Shown: positions 59,033 to 64,000 of the stretch, one piece after another
How positions within the stretch are numbered: position 1 is the first letter of the stretch
Layout of the letters: each line of letters opens with the position of its first letter
Assembly: GCA_964019335.1 (NCBI GenBank)
Contig: OZ025660.1
Span: 682,001 to 746,000 of the forward strand
Length of the DNA stretch: 64,000 nt
From: Diplonema japonicum
Taxonomy: Eukaryota > Protista > Euglenozoa: Diplonemea
Reading direction: 5' to 3'
The notes under the pieces: generated by a model
Told to the model about the DNA's origin: nothing
Databases searched by the model: none
The model's input: only the letters and a program-made list of their open reading frames with translations
Position numbers and translations under genes: made by a program

Positions 59033-59080
59033 GAAAGAACCACTTACCTCACTGGGGTACACATCTATCCGCTTCGCCAT
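58277..59080 (-). CDS. SAM domain plus two CCCH zinc-finger protein; intron 58964-59047
   Basis: LEEYISIMAEEGY..TEEDLLELGLKKPHMRRL; CRHFATHAGCWLGDSCGFIH; CRHYEKGKCWLDDKCAFIH; exon 1 MAKRIDVYPSE. Confidence 0.9.
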
Positions 59081-59247
59081 TTTTTTTTTTTTTTTTTGAA
59101 AGGGGCTGCTTTGCCTTGTGTTTTGCTACCGAGCCCTCCCTCCTATGGGTGACTTTTTTTCCCCCCCTATTTCTCTCGAACGAAAGAATAATGTGTAAAG
59201 ACATGACAAAAATAATATAAATAAATAAATAAAAAAATATAGGAAGC

Positions 59248-59943
59248 TCAGCTCCACGAAACACCTGTCCCTGTCTCGAGCCGTTCTGCAGCCAAAGTGG
59301 GATTGATAAAGTGGGGATCCATGGTGTAGCTGGCGGTGGTGGAGTAAGGGTCCGCATCCAGGGTTTCTGCATGATGGTATCCGTGCCCCCCTTGACGCTC
59401 TTGTGCCTGGTAACCACCAACGATTTTAAAAGCCTTGCTAGAGCCATAAGGTTCTTCGAAATTCGACCACGCTTCTTTACTTTTGCTCATTCGCTTCTTA
59501 TCGAGCCACTTCTGCTCAGTATGCCTGAATATGAGAGGCATCTTGTATTTATAGTACCTTTCATCGAAGTGGAATTTGCTTCCGTCCCTTGAGGCCAGCC
59601 TCGAACAGTTATACAAAATATGCAAGAAATTATCTAAAGCGTGTTCCATAGACCCCTCCCAAGTTGTGCCTTGGTCTGTTCTCACAGTGAAGGTGTCAGC
59701 GCGTTCGTTGTAGAAGATGGGGTACTTTCTTCGCATCACCTCCTTTACGTTTTCAGGCAGCCATGAATCCTTCATGTTCACTACAATGCGCACCTCTGGG
59801 TACCATTTCACGGAGCTTCCGTGAACAAATTTTTTATTCTTTTCTATCCTCAGCTTTTCATAGGGTATCTCGAATGGGGCCTGCGCCTTCACGTTGTTCT
59901 CCAACCGAAACCTGCAACATGCCGCCCTTGTTCGTTGGAGCAT
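59248..59943 (-). CDS. Mitochondrial ICT1/mL62 (ArfB)-like protein lacking GGQ
   Basis: MLQRTR presequence. IPYEKLRI..GSS..EVRIVVNM..SWLPENVK..N..TFTVRTD..ALDNFLHIL parallels the ICT1 fold pattern. Confidence 0.7.
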   Translation of the reverse strand: MLQRTRAACCRFRLENNVKAQAPFEIPYEKLRIEKNKKFVHGSSVKWYPEVRIVVNMKDSWLPENVKEVMRRKYPIFYNERADTFTVRTDQGTTWEGSMEHALDNFLHILYNCSRLASRDGSKFHFDERYYKYKMPLIFRHTEQKWLDKKRMSKSKEAWSNFEEPYGSSKAFKIVGGYQAQERQGGHGYHHAETLDADPYSTTASYTMDPHFINPTLAAERLETGTGVSWS

Positions 59944-60842
59944 TTTTTTTTTTTTTTTAATCTCCCTTTTTTTTTTTTTTTTTTCCTCGGAGGAGGGGGA
60001 GGGCAACGAGGGAGAACGAAGCACAAAAAAAAAAGAGAGAGAGACCACTGCCCCTGCGTAAGCGGAGACGTCTTCCTTAAACCAACCCAAGCGAAGCATG
60101 CATCTCGTTTTTTTTTTTTTTTTCCCTCTCATTTGCTAGATGGTTGACTCGTTTCTTTTCTTTTTTTGGTATGGCACTTGAAGGCCGCGTTCGTTATATA
60201 ATTTTCTACTTATACTTTCTTTTTATGCACACAACTAGGATGGTGATAAGGGGTTAGGGGGGAGGGCATAAGAAGACAAACAACACAGATAAGAAAGGGG
60301 GGGTTTTTTTTAATTCAGACTTAACACCATCACACACACGACATGTTTTTGAAAGTCGTCCCAAGAAAGCACATTCCATTTCTTCTGAGAACCCCTGAGA
60401 GCCTACAACAGGAAGGCCACGTCACATAATGAATCCTGTGTCCTGTGTCCTGTAGTACATGCTGAAGGGCAGAAAACAGAAAAAAAAAAAACGCAAAAAC
60501 AGACAAACAAATCTTTTTAAAAATCGCCACGTCTGTGGTGTCTCAGTAAATGGTTGGTATTCACAGAAGACAGGGTGCGAGCTCGGGAAGGAGGGATATA
60601 AATGAACATACAAACAAATATATATATAAAAAAAAAAAAAAAAAAAAGACTTTAGTTGCTTCTCAAGTCTCTGGCTTGCGACTTTTCTACGCTAACGTGC
60701 CTTGCTCGTTCTAAACATATTTTATGTTCTTCTGAATTCCTCCAGCCGGGTTTGCGGGTTTGCGGGTTTGCAAAACCCACAGTGTTCCCGACACCTTTCA
60801 GAGGTTGTATCGAATAAAATAACCATCTAACTTTTCTCAAGA

Positions 60843-62814
60843 CTAGTAACCAAGCCCCGAGGCAGATGTTCTATGGGTGTTGTTGAAGTCTTCTTGGTAT
60901 TCAAGGGAGTTGGTGGCTGTGGTGGTGTGTGGATGTGGAGCAAGGACATACAAGACGCAGTGCAGCTGATGAGGCTGCTGGCTCGCGTGTGCGACTGGCG
61001 CAGGAGCGCTTCGTAGTGCTCCTGTGCAGCGCCGGTAGTTGAGTAGCATCTTTGTTGTTTGTTGTTGGCTTGCAGTACTGCACATACCTCTTCACTGCCT
61101 GAATGGGAAGCCCTAGCTTGTCGTCGGCACCCAGTTTCTTGCACAGGGACAGCCAGTCGTCAAGCTGCATCTCGATACCACTTGTGACCTTCCCCCACAG
61201 CGTGGCCTCTTCCAGGCACCAGTACCCATCGCCGTCCACGTCGACCATGTCGAAGAGCTTCTCTATGAGCACCTCGTCCTCCTTCCCTAGTACACGTGTC
61301 GCCTTCATCTCCGCCTCTCGCCTTTGTTTCTCTTCTTCCATCTCGTCATTCCTTTCCTTTTTCCGCTCCAAAGCTCTCTCTCTCTCCAAGGCTCTCTCTC
61401 GCTCCCTCTCTCTGTCTCGTTCCCGTTGTTCTCGTTCCCGCTCTGCGGCTGCGTTCTTCTCCCTTCGTGCCGACACGCTCCTCGCCTTTCGGGTTTTCCT
61501 TGTGTACGTCATCTTTGCCTCGAAACCTTTTTCGAATGGTGACTTCGTCCTCCTCAGCCCCCCCAGTTTCCAGCCCGGCTTGTTGCTGCCCGCGTAGCTG
61601 GCAGGCGACGGTGATGGCGACCGTGTTGTCTTCGGCTTGCCGTACAACTTGTTGAAGGTGTCGCAGCTGGATGTCCGCAGCCCATGCGTGGCAGACCTAT
61701 AGATGTTTGGCTGGTAGTTGTAAAGCTGTGCTTCTTCCACTTCGCACTGCTTCTTCGTCGCCATGGCAGCCTGCGTAACTAGATCCTTGCGCACCTTAGC
61801 CTCCATCCCGCTGTCGTACAGACGTGAGGCTGCATCTGCAGACGGAGACCTGAGGAGGCGGCCCCGTCGAAGGGGTGACGGGGAAGGCCTTCGTGGGAGA
61901 GGACTGGGGGAAGGTCTTCTTGGAAGGGGGCTAGGGGAAGGGTTTCGCTTAAGCTTCCTTGGGGACTTGTTAATTTTTGAGGCAGGATCTATCTCTACAG
62001 GTGAGAACCTGCTGCTCACGGGCCAGCTGGCCCAAGTAGGGAGAGCGTAGCGTGGTGTGTCGACCTTGGTAGTGGTGGTGGCGTGCACGCAGTAGTCGCT
62101 GACGACACGGACGGGGCTGTCGTGCCGGCTTCTGCACGGTGAGGAGTGGTGGCTCTTGCCGCAGGTGCAGTTATCGCTGTTCACTTGTGTGTGCGCGTCG
62201 CTTGTCTCGCCGAGGTTCGTGTGCTTGACCTGTGTCTCCGCGTTGATCATGTCTGACTCTGTGATGGTGGCGTCAAGGGGGTCAAGCCAGCTCTGCATAG
62301 GGGTGGTGCTTGTGGGAGAGTCCCCGACAGTGCGGGAAAAGAGCAGCCTGCGCACCTCCTCCTGCCCCTCTTCATCCTGCGGAATGGTCTGGTGTGGGGC
62401 TGTCTTGAGATCCAGGTAGTCCCTGATGGAGGGTTGCTGTGGTTTCTTGCGCTTGCCCATGGGGGACTTCGACCTCCCACGGAGGGGCGGTGGCGAGGTG
62501 CACACACTGGATACAGCCTTCTCGGACTTGTTGTTTACTTCAGCATCCATAGTGTCAGGCCTTCCCTCTGGGTAATGCCGGGTGTAGGTAAAGTTATCCC
62601 TGTGCATCATCGAGTATCTAGGCAGGTACGCCATCTCGTCACTCCCAATGCTGACATCATCCGACGGTGGCGGCGCGTTCAGTAGGTCCGCAAAGCCTAT
62701 TCCCTTGCTCTCCTTCTTCTTCCTCTTCGTCACCACCTCCTGCAGCAGCGATACCTTCTTCCTAAGGTCCTGCACATTCTTCCTGCCTTCTGACAACGCA
62801 GGTCCCCATGACAT
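60843..62814 (-). CDS. S/P/R-rich protein with ER-rich coiled coil and EF-hand; introns 61050-61087 and 60917-60951
   Basis: LFDMVDVDGDGYWCLEEA. Splicing gives AVKR|CYST...TASS|TNSLEY...GLGY*. Confidence 0.78.
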
Positions 62815-64000
62815 ATACTTTGTAAATAAAAGAGTCTCTGGAAGCAGAGCAGATAAATAAATATGTGGAAGGAAATGTAAAATCGCATCAAGCACATCAA
62901 CAGGCTGCAACGAAAGGGCGCAGAAAACGATGTGCAGACATGGCATGGCATGGCATGGAGTTGCTAATTGTAACGCTTACATCGCGTTCACAGGGCGAAG
63001 AAGCCAAGACAGAATTGAAAATGGCAAGCCCGCTTTGATGATATGGCCCTGTCCCTCTTGGTTCATTTGGTTCATTTGATTTCCAGCCTACAGCAGGGGG
63101 TTGGATGCTGCCGAGTTGGACGAGGAACGAAACCCGAAGAACTGGTTTTGACTAAGACGCTTCAAAAAGCTGTTGGAAGAGAGCGACGTAGGCATTTTCT
63201 TTTTCAAATTCATTCACACGGAGGGATGCTAATCAAAAAAGAAGGGGGGGATGAAAAATATGTGTATTGCCCGGTTTCAAATTCTGCGCTGCTGTAGCAG
63301 CTTACAAAAATATATATAAAAAGAAAATGCTCGGTTTTGGGAGTTTGAGGTTAGGTTTATGGAATGAAATTGATCTCAGCTCTCGGTGTGGAACATGAAG
63401 GGGGTGCTTTGAGATGAATTTGAGAACAAAAAAAAAATCACAAAGAAAAAGACAGAGAAAGGAAGAAAAAAGAAGGGGGGGGGGAAGCGAGGGTGAGATT
63501 TTTTATTGTTTTCTTAGAAAGAAAATGGATGAAAGAAAAAAAAAGAGGGGGGGGGAAAAAACCATAAACAGAATAACAAAACAAAAAATAAGCAAGGAAA
63601 AAGAAAAAAATAGGTCCGTTTTCTTCAGTTTTCAACCCGTGGGGTGTACAGGTGGTCCAAAGGCTGCTGTTTCATATATTTAAGAGAAATGGGTGGTGTT
63701 ACTTATACTTAGCTGTTCGAGAAACGGTCAATTATTCAGTATGCTATTGGCAAAGCTACCCGTAGCATAGAAAGGGACGAACTACCGGGGAAAACAAACC
63801 AAATTTAACAAAAAAAAAAAAAAAGAAACGGTAAGCAAAAAATTTTACCCTATAAACGGTTCCGCCAGAATATCAACTATGCACCCGGGGAATATGCCAA
63901 AAGATGCCCTCAAGCCAATAGAGGAGGCTGACAACAAAGGGAATAGAGGATGGGGCAATGCAGCTAGCACAGGAACCCCATCACCCTTCGGTCTGTTTAC

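Noticed and set aside
59416-59433. ACCAACGATTTTAAAAGC resembling the 5' half of a diplonemid spliced leader as I recall it
   Set aside because: It lies antisense within a CDS and lacks the CAGTTTCTGTACT..TTG|GTATG continuation; likely chance.
63108-64000. 35-aa ORF (MPTSLSSNSF..) and a possible gene tail at the window edge
   Set aside because: Too short to support without expression data.
1-64000. Alternative genetic code, frameshifting or non-canonical introns
   Set aside because: All frame breaks in host genes are resolved by GT-AG introns, and TAA, TAG and TGA all serve as stops.

Overview
Eukaryotic nuclear DNA, very likely from a euglenozoan and probably a diplonemid. The evidence is a cytochrome c with a single-Cys AxxCH heme motif, about 25 protein genes all on the minus strand, short GT-AG introns, and single-hairpin AGA-box guide RNAs. 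Protein genes include a beta-helix CAZyme, two AA10 LPMO-2xCBM1 copies, two WD40 proteins, two cytochrome c copies, a HNPY/PAM2 protein, an acyl-CoA oxidase-like enzyme, three tandem C-type lectin genes, FYVE, ML, TBC, SAM-CCCH and EF-hand proteins, and an ICT1/mL62 homologue lacking GGQ. The main feature missed by the ORF track is a dense minus-strand snoRNA array at about 1.8-5.1 kb. It holds about 14 single-hairpin H/ACA-like RNAs ending in AGA-NNN plus C/D candidates, several with pockets matching conserved rRNA sites (equivalents of yeast 18S U1191 and 25S U2826), and an LPMO gene interrupts it. Also present are 16 inferred 33-84 nt introns with mostly A/C-rich rather than pyrimidine-rich 3' ends, a decayed pogo-like transposon with adjacent MITEs, a LINE-like remnant, a tRNA-like A/B-box element inside inverted repeats, and long pentanucleotide microsatellites. 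All homologies and rRNA targets were recognised by eye; no searches were run.
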